Source of the DNA: Bacteroidota bacterium
GTDB taxonomy: Bacteria; Bacteroidota; Bacteroidia; JACCXN01
Length of the DNA stretch: 64,000 nucleotides
Assembly (NCBI GenBank): GCA_013696965.1
Contig: JACCXN010000083.1
Coordinates: 30,363-94,362 of the forward strand
Reading direction: 5' to 3'
The notes under the pieces are model-generated. The model was not told where the DNA came from. It was given only the letters and a program-made list of their open reading frames with translations, and made no database searches. The first letter of the stretch is position 1, and each line of letters starts with the position of its first letter. This document shows, in pieces, positions 1 to 10,038 of this stretch. A program made the position numbers and the translations under genes.

Positions 1-38
1 GAACTAGTTAATTAATGGTTATTGTTTAGGTTTAGGTT

Positions 39-68
39 AAAAAGGGCGGAATTTATTCCGCCCTTTTT
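39..68. terminator. Intrinsic, probably bidirectional terminator
   Basis: AAAAAGGGCGGAAT-TT-ATTCCGCCCTTTTT: perfect 14-bp inverted repeat with A and T tails. Confidence 0.8.
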
Positions 69-239
69 TTTGATTTAATCAGAAAACTCCTATTTGTATT
101 GTTAGTCCTTTTTACAAAGCAATTCAAAAACATTTTAGTTTTAATTGTTTTTGCCCAAAATGCCTAATTTGTTTGAATTTTGCTTATTTAAAGCCTTAGT
201 TTTATTATTATTGTACCTTAATTTAAAACGATTAAAAAT

Positions 240-1004
240 ATGGAAGATATAGGAAAAGTTGAAGTTAAGTTAGAAGAAGGAATTGGTACAATTTCCTTTT
301 TTCATCCTCAGAGTAATTCTCTTCCTGGTACTCTTTTAAAAGCAATTGCCCATGAAATAACCGCACTTGGCAACAATTCAGATACAAAAGTTATTATATT
401 AAAGAGTGAGGGGGAAAAAACTTTTTGTGCAGGAGCATCATTTGATGAATTAATTGGGATTGATAGTTTAGAAAAAGGCAAAGAGTTTTTCTCGGGTTTT
501 GCTGGAATAATCAATGCAATGCGCAAGGCTCCGCAATTTATTATAGCTCGAGTTCAAGGAAAGGCTGTTGGAGGTGGAGTTGGAATTGCTAGTGCTGCAG
601 ATTATGCATTTGCCACAGAGCAAGCTTCAGTTAAATTAAGTGAGCTTGCAGTAGGAATTGGACCATTTGTGGTTGGGCCTGCTGTTGCCCGTAAAATAGG
701 TACAGCAGCATTTCAGGCGCTTTCTATTAATGCAACAAAATGGCAGTCAGCTCAGTGGGCAAAGGAAAATGGACTTTATTCCGAGGTGTTTTCGGATACA
801 TATAAAATGGATAATGCAATTGATGAACTGGCACAAATACTTTCAAAAAGTAACCCTGAAGCCATGTCTATGTTGAAAAAAGTGTTTTGGGAAGGCACAG
901 AAAACTGGGATGAACTATTAATTGATAGAGCAGAAATAAGTGGGAAATTAGTTCTTTCAGATTTTACTGTAAATGCCATAAATAAATTTAAGACGGTAAA
1001 GTGA
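240..1004 (+). CDS. Enoyl-CoA hydratase/isomerase (crotonase family, methylglutaconyl-CoA hydratase-like)
   Basis: Crotonase motifs FCAGASF, AVGGGVGIASAAD and LSELAVGIGP. Confidence 0.9.
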   Translation: MEDIGKVEVKLEEGIGTISFFHPQSNSLPGTLLKAIAHEITALGNNSDTKVIILKSEGEKTFCAGASFDELIGIDSLEKGKEFFSGFAGIINAMRKAPQFIIARVQGKAVGGGVGIASAADYAFATEQASVKLSELAVGIGPFVVGPAVARKIGTAAFQALSINATKWQSAQWAKENGLYSEVFSDTYKMDNAIDELAQILSKSNPEAMSMLKKVFWEGTENWDELLIDRAEISGKLVLSDFTVNAINKFKTVK

Positions 1005-1118
1005 TATTCTAATTGTTGATAAAAAGAATTACTTCTTAAAAACTATTGTAGCTGTTTGACTAATCATATATTCAGAAAAAAAAGTATACTATTAAAACCA
1101 TTCCCAAATTAGTTGAAA

Positions 1119-3200
1119 ATGCAGGAAATAGAAAAGAAAACGATAGGAACTCAAATAGAAAAGGATGTTTTGCGCAGGGCTTTTGAGTTAATGTGTACAG
1201 CAAAGGCAATGACTGAACTGTATGAAGAAAATTCAAAGGTAACGGCTAAATACGTACATGCTACTTCAAGGGGACATGAGGCTATTCAAATTGCCTTGGG
1301 ATTGCAGCTAAAAGCTCAGGATTACGTTTTTCCGTACTATAGAGATGATTCTATTCTGCTTAGTATTGGTATTGAACCTTTTGAATTAATGTTGCAGTTG
1401 TTGGCTAAAAGAGATGATCCTTTTTCTGGAGGCAGAACCTATTACAGTCATCCAAGCTTAAGAAGGGAGAATATGTCTAAAATTCCTCATCAATCTTCTG
1501 CTACAGGTATGCAGGCAATTCCTGCCACAGGAGTTGCAATGGGAATGCAATACCTGGAAAACCAAAAATTGTCTATTGATTATCATGGGGAAAACCCCGT
1601 TTCAGTATGTTCTTTGGGCGATGCGTCTGTTACCGAAGGTGAAGTTGCAGAAGCTTTTCAAATGGCAGTATTGAAAAAATTACCAATTCTTTACCTTGTG
1701 CAGGATAACGAGTGGGATATTTCTGCTCATGCAAGAGAAATACGCGCTCAGGATGCAAGTGAATATGCAAAAGGTTTTAAAGGGATGGAAGTAAGAAGCA
1801 TTGATGGCACTGATTTTAATAAATGCTATGAAACAATCAAAGATGTATTAAGCATCATTCGTAAAGAAAGAAGACCTGTTCTGATTCATGCCAAAGTACC
1901 TTTATTAAACCATCATACTTCGGGTGTTAGAAAAGAATGGTACAGGGACGATCTGGAAGAGCAAGCAAAAAGGGACCCTTTTCCAAAACTCGTAAACCGT
2001 TTAATAGTTAGTGGTTTTGATGCCAAAGAACTATCTTCTATTGAAAATGCTGCAAAAGAAAAAGTAAACGGAGATTATCAGAAAGCATTAAAGGCTGAAG
2101 ACCCTCGTCCTGAAGACTTATTCGACCATGATTTTGCCCCAACGCCAGTCACTGAAGAAAAAGGAAATAGGTGTCCCGCTGGAAAAGAGCCGACTGTAAT
2201 GGTGGACTGTGCTTTATTTGCTGTTCAGGAATTAATGACAAAACATAAAGAATGCCTTCTGTATGGACAGGATGTTGGAGCCAGGTTGGGGGGGGTATTT
2301 CGTGAAGCAGCTACACTTGCTCAAAAATTTGGTAATGACCGTGTTTTTAATACCCCAATTCAAGAGGCCTTTATAGTAGGTAGCACAGTTGGAATGTCTG
2401 CTGTTGGTTTAAAACCTATTGTTGAAGTTCAGTTTGCAGATTATATTTGGCCTGGTTTAAATCAACTCTTTACAGAAGTTAGTCGTTCCTGTTACCTGAC
2501 CAATGGCAAATGGCCTGTAAGCTGTATTATTCGAGTTCCAATTGGTGCCTATGGAAGCGGTGGTCCCTATCATTCATCTAGCGTGGAATCTGTTCTAGCA
2601 AATATCAGAGGTATTAAAATTGCCTACCCTTCAACGGGTGCTGATTTAAAAGGTTTAATGAAATCAGCTTATTATGATCCTAATCCGGTTGTAATGTTAG
2701 AACATAAAGGATTGTACTGGTCTAAAATAAAAGGTACTGAGGATGCAAAAACTATTGAGCCTGACGAAGATTATATTATACCTTTTGGAAAAGCAAGAAT
2801 GGTGTTAGAAACTCCTTCTCAAACTGATAAGCCAACTCTTTCCATTATTACCTATGGAATGGGTGTTTATTGGGCTAAAAATGCCGCAAAAGCTTTCCCA
2901 GGACAAATTGAAATAGTGGATCTTAGAACAATTCATCCATTGGATGAAGAAACAGTTTTTAATTCTGTTAAAAAACATAGCCGCTGTTTGGTTGTAACTG
3001 AAGAGCCAGTTAACAATTCATTTGCCCAGGCATTATCAGGAAGAATTCAGAAAAATTGTTTTAACTATTTAGATGCACCAGTGGAGATAATTGGTTCAGA
3101 AAATATGCCTGCTATTCCATTGAATTCTACTTTAGAACAAACCATGGTTCCTTCTGTTTCCAAAGTAGAGGAGGTAATTCGGAAATGCATTGCCTATTAA
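1119..3200 (+). CDS. Fused E1 alpha/beta 2-oxoacid (probably branched-chain) dehydrogenase
   Basis: TPP motif GDASVTEGE...DNEW; beta-subunit motifs GQDV, GGVFR, NTPIQE, EVQFADY, HSSSVES, EIVDLRT. ATG at 1119 preferred over TTG at 1113. Confidence 0.9.
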   Translation: MQEIEKKTIGTQIEKDVLRRAFELMCTAKAMTELYEENSKVTAKYVHATSRGHEAIQIALGLQLKAQDYVFPYYRDDSILLSIGIEPFELMLQLLAKRDDPFSGGRTYYSHPSLRRENMSKIPHQSSATGMQAIPATGVAMGMQYLENQKLSIDYHGENPVSVCSLGDASVTEGEVAEAFQMAVLKKLPILYLVQDNEWDISAHAREIRAQDASEYAKGFKGMEVRSIDGTDFNKCYETIKDVLSIIRKERRPVLIHAKVPLLNHHTSGVRKEWYRDDLEEQAKRDPFPKLVNRLIVSGFDAKELSSIENAAKEKVNGDYQKALKAEDPRPEDLFDHDFAPTPVTEEKGNRCPAGKEPTVMVDCALFAVQELMTKHKECLLYGQDVGARLGGVFREAATLAQKFGNDRVFNTPIQEAFIVGSTVGMSAVGLKPIVEVQFADYIWPGLNQLFTEVSRSCYLTNGKWPVSCIIRVPIGAYGSGGPYHSSSVESVLANIRGIKIAYPSTGADLKGLMKSAYYDPNPVVMLEHKGLYWSKIKGTEDAKTIEPDEDYIIPFGKARMVLETPSQTDKPTLSIITYGMGVYWAKNAAKAFPGQIEIVDLRTIHPLDEETVFNSVKKHSRCLVVTEEPVNNSFAQALSGRIQKNCFNYLDAPVEIIGSENMPAIPLNSTLEQTMVPSVSKVEEVIRKCIAY

Positions 3201-3264
3201 GGATAAATCATCAAAAAAACCATAAATAATACTTATATTTAAGTAAAGGTGTTTAGTGGTTTTT

Positions 3265-4542
3265 ATGACAGAGGATTTTCTACATTACATTTGGCAATTC
3301 CGGAATTTTGACAATTCAGGACTAAAAGCACAAACTGGAGAATCCATAGAAATCATTAAGCCTGGAGACCACAATCTGAATGCCGGACCGGATTTTTTCA
3401 ATTCAGTTCTAAAAATAGGAGAGACTTTGTGGGCTGGAAATGTCGAAATCCATATTAACTCATCCGACTGGAACAAACACAACCATTCTGAAGATAAGGC
3501 CTATAATAATGTTGTTTTACATGTAGTTTATAATGATGATTGCATTATTCAAAGGATATCCGGAGAAACAATCCCAGCTATTGAATTAAAAGGCAGGATT
3601 AATCCTGCTGTTTTTTCTTGTTACTCTGAATTATTGAAAAGTACTCAGTGGATTAGTTGCAGTAAGAATATAAATGATGTGGATGAATTCATTGTTAGTA
3701 ATTGGCTAAGTAGATTATTGATAGAACGGTTAGAGAGAAAGGCAGAAACCATTATTAATTCTTTGAAACTAACAAACAATAATTGGCAAGAAACATTTTA
3801 TCATCATTTAGCCCGTAATTTCGGATTCCAGCTAAATGCGGAACCTTTCGAATTAATGTCAAAATCCCTTCCCTTGTTATATCTTATTAAGCATCGGGAT
3901 AATCTTGTTCAAATAGAAGCCATGATTTTTGGACAAGCAGGAATGTTAGAATCAATAATTGAAGATGAATATTCTTGTCATTTACAAAAAGAATACAATT
4001 ATCTTAAATATAAGTACAGTTTAAATCCAATTGATAACCACTTATGGAAATTCCTTAGACTAAGGCCAGTAAGTTTCCCTACTATACGGCTTTCTCAATT
4101 TGCTAATCTAATATGTAAATGGGAAAATTTATTTGTGAAAATTTTGGAATGTAATAACCTTCAGCAATATTATGACCTCTTTAATGTGAGTTCCTCGGAT
4201 TATTGGGATACACATTTTACATTTGGAAAACAATCAATTTTCAGTAAAAAGGCTTTAGGAAAATCTTCTGTAGAAGGAATTCTAATAAATACAGTAGTTC
4301 CTTTCTTATTTGTTTATGGAATTCAAAAACAAGAGGATAAATTTAAGGAAAAAGCTTTGGAGCTGCTCGAAACTCTCCAGGGGGAGGGGAATAGTATAAT
4401 TAGAGAATGGAAAAAAACAGGAATGAAGTGTGATTCTGCTTTTCGATCTCAAGCTTTGCTTGAATTAAAACTGAATTATTGTGATTTAAAAAGATGTTTA
4501 AAATGTAGCATAGGAAATAGTATTTTAAAAAGGGGGATTTAG
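3265..4542 (+). CDS. DUF2851 family protein
   Basis: N-terminal EDFLHYIWQ, AGPDFFN, WAGNVEIH, W..H.H..D..YNNVVLHVV; C-terminal C..C. ATG at 3265 preferred over GTG at 3256. Confidence 0.85.
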   Translation: MTEDFLHYIWQFRNFDNSGLKAQTGESIEIIKPGDHNLNAGPDFFNSVLKIGETLWAGNVEIHINSSDWNKHNHSEDKAYNNVVLHVVYNDDCIIQRISGETIPAIELKGRINPAVFSCYSELLKSTQWISCSKNINDVDEFIVSNWLSRLLIERLERKAETIINSLKLTNNNWQETFYHHLARNFGFQLNAEPFELMSKSLPLLYLIKHRDNLVQIEAMIFGQAGMLESIIEDEYSCHLQKEYNYLKYKYSLNPIDNHLWKFLRLRPVSFPTIRLSQFANLICKWENLFVKILECNNLQQYYDLFNVSSSDYWDTHFTFGKQSIFSKKALGKSSVEGILINTVVPFLFVYGIQKQEDKFKEKALELLETLQGEGNSIIREWKKTGMKCDSAFRSQALLELKLNYCDLKRCLKCSIGNSILKRGI

Positions 4543-4783
4543 TTTTCCTTGCCATGGCAATATTAAATCCGGAATATTTTAGAAACAAAATAGACGAATC
4601 AAAAAAACAGTTGCCTGATGCATTAATTTAAAAACAAAGTCACTAGTTTTAAAACAATAAGAATTTTAAAAGGCATAGATTTATATTTCAGTTTCTTTTT
4701 TCTTGATGAAGTTTCTTATCTTTACATTTTGCAGATATTCAAAACAACAGTAGTTTTTTCTTAAAGAAACACCAAGGTTATTT

Positions 4784-5017
4784 ATGATAAATAAAGTAAC
4801 ATCTTTTTTTGAAAAGCAGGCATTTGGTGTTTGTACATGGTGGGGCGGAAAACTGGGAATAAAAACCACTTCCATCCGCTTATTCTTTATTTATCTTTCT
4901 TTTTTTACTGCCGGATCTCCAATTATTATATACCTGGCAATGGCATTTATCCTTGAACATAAATCCTATTTTAAATTAAAATTCCGCAAGAGTAGGGCTT
5001 CAATTTGGGATTTGTAA
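4784..5017 (+). CDS. PspC domain small membrane protein
   Basis: FFEKQAFGVC...LGI....IRLFFIYLSF, the Bacteroidota PspC-like pattern; 77 aa. Confidence 0.75.
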   Translation: MINKVTSFFEKQAFGVCTWWGGKLGIKTTSIRLFFIYLSFFTAGSPIIIYLAMAFILEHKSYFKLKFRKSRASIWDL

Positions 5018-5056
5018 TTTATATTTGTCAATAAACCCTTAGATTTTTCACTGTAA

Positions 5057-7009
5057 ATGGGAGTTCTCCAGAATTTTATTATTTTATTATTGACTGCTGT
5101 TGGAGTCTTGGTGATTCTCTCTCGCCTTAAAGTTCCTTCTGTAATTGGCTTTTTATTAACCGGAATATTAATTGGCACCGTGGGATCCGGTTATATTAAA
5201 GCAGGGCATGAATTGGAGGTAATGGCTGAAGTTGGTGTTATTTTGCTCATGTTTACAATAGGCCTGGAGTTTTCAATATCCAGGATGAACCAAATGAAGC
5301 GCCAGGTATTAATTTACGGTGGCATGCAGGTATTGATCACTATTTTAACAGTATGGATTATACTGTTTTTCACAGGTTTTTCTACTAAAGAATCAATTTT
5401 TGCAGCTTTTGTGATTTCACTTAGCAGTACTGCTATTGTTATGAAAATAATGCAGGATAAAGGAAAATTGCAAACACCAGATGGTCGAATAATGCTAGGT
5501 ATTTTACTCTTCCAGGATTTATGCATAGTTCCCCTGATAATTTTAACCCCATTGCTTGGAACCGTTGGGGAAGTTGATGCATTAGAAGTATTACTTAAAT
5601 TAGCTGGATCATTCGGTTTAATCCTGATAATTTTTTTGTCGGCAAAATATCTGCTTCCTAAGATTTTTGATTATGTGATAAACTCCCGTGTTTCTGAGAT
5701 TTTTATTTTGTTAATAATTGGCCTTGCCTTTGGACTTGCTTTGTTAACGTATTCCTTAGGGTTCTCTGTTGCTCTAGGAGCATTTATAGCTGGAATGATT
5801 TTAGCCGAATCAGATTTTATCCATCAAATTGAGGCAGATATAAAACCGCTGAAAACCCTTTTTCTATCTGTGTTTTTTATTACGGTGGGCATGCTAATGG
5901 ATGTTGATTATTTGATTGCTAACCCGATTAAAATTTTATTGGTTTTGGCTGGAATTCTCATATTGAAAACAATAATTATTACCTCTATTTTATTCTTTTC
6001 TAAAAACCCTATAAATATTTCTTTAAAATCAGGATTGGGGCTTTCACAAATCGGAGAATTTGCATTTATGCTTTTAAGTATAGCCCATCCACTTGATATT
6101 ATCAGTGAGGATTTTTACCAGTTGTTTCTTTCGGTTTCTGTAATTTCTATGCTGATAACCCCACTTTTATTAATACTTGGAGAGAAACTCAGAACTCAGC
6201 AGGGCTTAATGAAAAAAGTGGATGAAAATTTTATTGAACAAAAGGAAGTTATAATTGCTGGTTTTGGTATAAATGGAATTAATCTTTCCAGGATTTTTAA
6301 AGCTTTAAATATTTCCTATCGAATTATTGATATGAATCCTGCTACTGTTCGAAAATTTAAAGAAGCCGGAGAACCCATTGTTTTTGGAGATATTACACAA
6401 TTAGAAAATCTAAAACGAATAGGAATAGAAAAAGCAACAATGTTGGTTATTGCAATTTCCGATGCAGAGGCCACCCAAAAGGCCATAGATATTAGTAGAA
6501 AAAACAATCCGGATTTACAGATAATTGTTAGGTCTGAATTTATTTCTCAAATTGAAAATCTTTATGATTTAGGTGCAAATATGGTTATTTCACAAGACTT
6601 TGAAGCTTCCTTGCAGATTGCATCCTATGTGCTTAAATTTTTTGGAATTGCTGAACCTATTGCCAAAATAAAATCAGATCAATTAAGAAAAAGGCATTAT
6701 CGTTTTTTTACTGAAGACCAAGCTGTAGAAAATCAATTAAAAATTGCCGAATTAGCGGATATAGAATTTTTTAATGAAACGTATCTGGCAATCGAAAACC
6801 CAGGTTTAATTGGCAAAAAAGTAATAAAAATCAATAGTCAGTTAATGCAGGTATTCAAAAAGGCAAGGATTATCGGCCTTATTCGTGAGGATATAATAAT
6901 TACTGAATTTGGTGAGGATATTAAAGTAGAAAGATTGGATACCCTTGTTGTTTTTGGCACCCAGGATAAGTTGGATATGGCTGTAGAGTATTTAGATAAT
7001 TTCACTTAG
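5057..7009 (+). CDS. CPA2-family cation:proton antiporter (KefB/KefC-like) with TrkA-N and a probable C-terminal RCK domain
   Basis: About 12 hydrophobic segments; LMFTIGLEFS, SLSSTAIV, LLFQD, LSQIGEFAF motifs; Rossmann IAGFGING. Confidence 0.9.
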   Translation: MGVLQNFIILLLTAVGVLVILSRLKVPSVIGFLLTGILIGTVGSGYIKAGHELEVMAEVGVILLMFTIGLEFSISRMNQMKRQVLIYGGMQVLITILTVWIILFFTGFSTKESIFAAFVISLSSTAIVMKIMQDKGKLQTPDGRIMLGILLFQDLCIVPLIILTPLLGTVGEVDALEVLLKLAGSFGLILIIFLSAKYLLPKIFDYVINSRVSEIFILLIIGLAFGLALLTYSLGFSVALGAFIAGMILAESDFIHQIEADIKPLKTLFLSVFFITVGMLMDVDYLIANPIKILLVLAGILILKTIIITSILFFSKNPINISLKSGLGLSQIGEFAFMLLSIAHPLDIISEDFYQLFLSVSVISMLITPLLLILGEKLRTQQGLMKKVDENFIEQKEVIIAGFGINGINLSRIFKALNISYRIIDMNPATVRKFKEAGEPIVFGDITQLENLKRIGIEKATMLVIAISDAEATQKAIDISRKNNPDLQIIVRSEFISQIENLYDLGANMVISQDFEASLQIASYVLKFFGIAEPIAKIKSDQLRKRHYRFFTEDQAVENQLKIAELADIEFFNETYLAIENPGLIGKKVIKINSQLMQVFKKARIIGLIREDIIITEFGEDIKVERLDTLVVFGTQDKLDMAVEYLDNFT

Positions 7010-7173
7010 TTTATTAGGATAGTTATCAAAGTTTACCGGGGTTTTTATAAAGTTGAATTTTTATTTAATTACAGTGCTTTCGCCTGAATGCATTCAATTG
7101 GTAATGTCCCTAAAATTTTATGTTAAATGAAGACAAAATCCTTTTTTTTTAAATTTATTCAAGTTGTAATATT

Positions 7174-7181
7174 TAACTTTG
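7174..7181 (+). promoter_or_regulatory. Bacteroidota -7 promoter box
   Basis: TAACTTTG (TAnnTTTG) 35 nt upstream of the 7216 start. Confidence 0.55.
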
Positions 7182-7215
7182 TACCTTAAAATTTCCTATT
7201 TTTTAAGTAATTCAA

Positions 7216-8169
7216 ATGATAAAAAAGAAAAAAATAATTATTACAGGTTCCAATGGTTTACTTGGTCAAAAGCTGGTACATATCTTAAAAACGAGAATGG
7301 AATTTGAAGTAATAGCTACTTCAAAAGGAGAAAACAGGATACAGGATAAATCAGGATATGTTTATGAAACACTCGATATAACGGATAAAAAGCAGGTTGA
7401 GGTTTTGTTCAGAAAACACATGCCTGATACGGTAATAAACACTGCGGCTATGACTAATGTGGATGTTTGTGAAACCGATAAAGAGGATTGTGTGGCTTTA
7501 AATATTTCTGCCGTAAAAAACATGGTTCAAACTTTAGAGGATTTAGCAAAGGAATTGAATGTAAAAAATGCTGAAACACCTCATTTCATCCATCTTTCCA
7601 CTGATTTTATTTTTGATGGTGAACATGGGCCATATAAAGAAGAAGATGAACCAAATCCTTTGAGTTACTATGGATGGTCAAAACTGGAATCGGAAAAAGC
7701 AGTAAAAAACAGTAGCCTCAAATGGTGTATTCTCAGGACAATTATTGTTTATGGAACAGGGGATGAAATGAGCAGAAGCAATATTGTGCTTTGGGCGAAA
7801 GATGCACTTGAAAAAAAACAGGCTATTCAGGTAGTTGACGATCAGTTTCGTTCTCCTACTCTTGCAGAAGATCTTGCCCAGGCTTGTTTATTGGCTGTTG
7901 AGAAAGAAGCAACAGGTATATTTCATGTTTCAGGAAAAGATATCATGAGTATCATAGATATTGTTAATCGTGTTGCTTCGTATTTTCATCTTGATAAATC
8001 AAATGTAAGCACCATTAAATCATCAAGTTTAAACCAAGCTGCAAAAAGGCCTCCTAGAACAGGCTTTGTTCTTGATAAAGCAAGAAAAGAATTAGGATAC
8101 GAACCACATACTTTTGAAGAGGGACTTGAAATATTAAATCAACAGCTAAAACAGGTTAAATCCAAATAG
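7216..8169 (+). CDS. RfbD/RmlD-like SDR oxidoreductase (dTDP-4-dehydrorhamnose reductase family)
   Basis: TGSNGLLG, INTAAMTNVD, STDFIFDG, YGWSK, VVDDQFRSPT, AKRP. Confidence 0.85.
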   Translation: MIKKKKIIITGSNGLLGQKLVHILKTRMEFEVIATSKGENRIQDKSGYVYETLDITDKKQVEVLFRKHMPDTVINTAAMTNVDVCETDKEDCVALNISAVKNMVQTLEDLAKELNVKNAETPHFIHLSTDFIFDGEHGPYKEEDEPNPLSYYGWSKLESEKAVKNSSLKWCILRTIIVYGTGDEMSRSNIVLWAKDALEKKQAIQVVDDQFRSPTLAEDLAQACLLAVEKEATGIFHVSGKDIMSIIDIVNRVASYFHLDKSNVSTIKSSSLNQAAKRPPRTGFVLDKARKELGYEPHTFEEGLEILNQQLKQVKSK

Positions 8170-8231
8170 CTTTTGCTTGAAATAAATTTTTAGTCCAAAA
8201 TAAATGCACAGATAAAAATGAGCTTTGATTT

Positions 8232-9869
8232 TTATTTGTGCATTGTCAAATTCTTAATAATGCTAGAAGCAGCATCTACAAAAGGAAAAAGAATAATATC
8301 AGCTCCTGCTTTTGTTAATCTTTCCGCATCTTTATTATGATGAACAGTTAGTGCTATTTTTCCTTTATAATCTGCTTCTTTTAAATATTTCAGTAATGAA
8401 AGGTTTATGGTAACATCGGAGATTGTACTTATTACGAATTTTGCTTTTGAAAGTGGTAAAATGGCAGTAATTTCAGGATCTTCAACATCTGCGTACTGGG
8501 CATTTTTTCCCTTGTTTCTCCATGAACTAACTAATTTTGGATCAAAGTCTACACCAAGTATTTTATAATTTTCCCGGCTTAAGCTTTTGGCCACGTTGTT
8601 ACCATACCTTCCCAAACCAAATATTATAACATCTACAGGATCGCCCCGGTAAGCTTTATCGCCAGTTTCACGGTAAGCTATTTTACGTTCAAAAATCACC
8701 AGTAGGGGAGACAATTTAGTGTAAAGCTGGTGAGAGTATATTATCATGTAGGTAGATAAGCCAATAGTGATTAAACCTACAAGAGTAATAAGGCCCATTG
8801 TTTCATGATCTATATGACCTAATGTGAAACCCATTGTGGCCAATATGAGTGAGAATTCACTAATTTGAGCTACTGTAAGCCCTGCAAGAAATGACGTTCG
8901 CTTGCGGTAGCCCATCATTCCCATAATCAATAAAACAATTAATGGGTTTCCAATGAGCACAAATAAGGAAAATACCACAGCAGGAATTATCTGAACATTT
9001 AGCAAGGATAAATCAATCTGTGCCCCGAGATTTATAAAGAAAAACAAAAGTAAAAAATCGCGCAATCCTAATAGTCTTCCACTTATAATCTCCCTATATT
9101 CTGTTGAAGCAAGTGAAATGCCCGCAACAAAAGCTCCTACTTCTTTGCTGAATCCCATTATGTCTCCTGCTGCGGCAAGTAAAATTGCATAAGAAACAGA
9201 AAACAATACAAGAAGCTCCACAGAATCAGCAAGTTTTTTTAATAATACAGGCAGTACATATTTCATTAATAAGCCTACAATTAGAAGCATACCAATGCCC
9301 TTCAAAAAAACAATAAATACATCAAAAGCGATATTCTCACCTGTACCCGTCCCAAGGGCTGATAAAAAAATCATCATAATCACAACAACTATGTCCTGAA
9401 TTATTAAAAAACCTACGGCTATTTGACCATGTAAAGAATCAATTTCTTTTTTATCCGAAAGTAGCTTAACAATAATAATGGTACTGGAAAAGGTTAGTGC
9501 AATTGCAATGTACAAGGCAATAAGATTCTCATATCCAAGCACTTTTCCAATGATAAAACCAAAAATAGAGGTAAAAACAACCTGGCCAAGACCAGTAAGG
9601 GTAGAAACTTTGCCTGTAGAGCGAATCAAGCTAATATCCAATTTAAGACCAACTACAAACAAAAGGATTGAAATCCCTACTTCAGACAAAAGAAGGATTT
9701 GTTCTGTGGATCGGATTAGGTTAAATCCAGAAGAACCTATTAAAATTCCAGCAGCAATAAAGGCTACAATTAAAGGTTGTTTTAGCAATCTTCCTAAGGC
9801 ACCAAGTAAGGCACTTGTGATAAGGATAGCAGCAAACTCAATAAATGGATTTTCGATTAATTGCAACAT
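8232..9869 (-). CDS. CPA2-family cation:proton antiporter with TrkA-N domain
   Basis: LLFVVGLKLD, LTFSSTIIIVK, LIIQD, VAQISEFSL; IFGLGRYG Rossmann motif. Confidence 0.9.
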   Translation of the reverse strand: MLQLIENPFIEFAAILITSALLGALGRLLKQPLIVAFIAAGILIGSSGFNLIRSTEQILLLSEVGISILLFVVGLKLDISLIRSTGKVSTLTGLGQVVFTSIFGFIIGKVLGYENLIALYIAIALTFSSTIIIVKLLSDKKEIDSLHGQIAVGFLIIQDIVVVIMMIFLSALGTGTGENIAFDVFIVFLKGIGMLLIVGLLMKYVLPVLLKKLADSVELLVLFSVSYAILLAAAGDIMGFSKEVGAFVAGISLASTEYREIISGRLLGLRDFLLLFFFINLGAQIDLSLLNVQIIPAVVFSLFVLIGNPLIVLLIMGMMGYRKRTSFLAGLTVAQISEFSLILATMGFTLGHIDHETMGLITLVGLITIGLSTYMIIYSHQLYTKLSPLLVIFERKIAYRETGDKAYRGDPVDVIIFGLGRYGNNVAKSLSRENYKILGVDFDPKLVSSWRNKGKNAQYADVEDPEITAILPLSKAKFVISTISDVTINLSLLKYLKEADYKGKIALTVHHNKDAERLTKAGADIILFPFVDAASSIIKNLTMHK

Positions 9870-10038
9870 TTGCTAAAAAGGCTTTATTAAAAATAAAGAT
9901 TATATTTTTAATAACCACCACAACCATTTATTCACAAAAGGCTGTTAAAAAACAATTTTAAAATCATGGTTTTGGAATATTTTTTTATACTTTAGCTTTC
10001 TTTTTAAAATTACAGTGTTTAAATAAAACCCCGGGTTA

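Noticed and set aside
4554-4631. 25-codon ORF MAILNPEYFRNKIDESKKQLPDALI after the DUF2851 gene
   Set aside because: Too short, with no recognisable homology or independent support; could be chance or an unidentifiable remnant.
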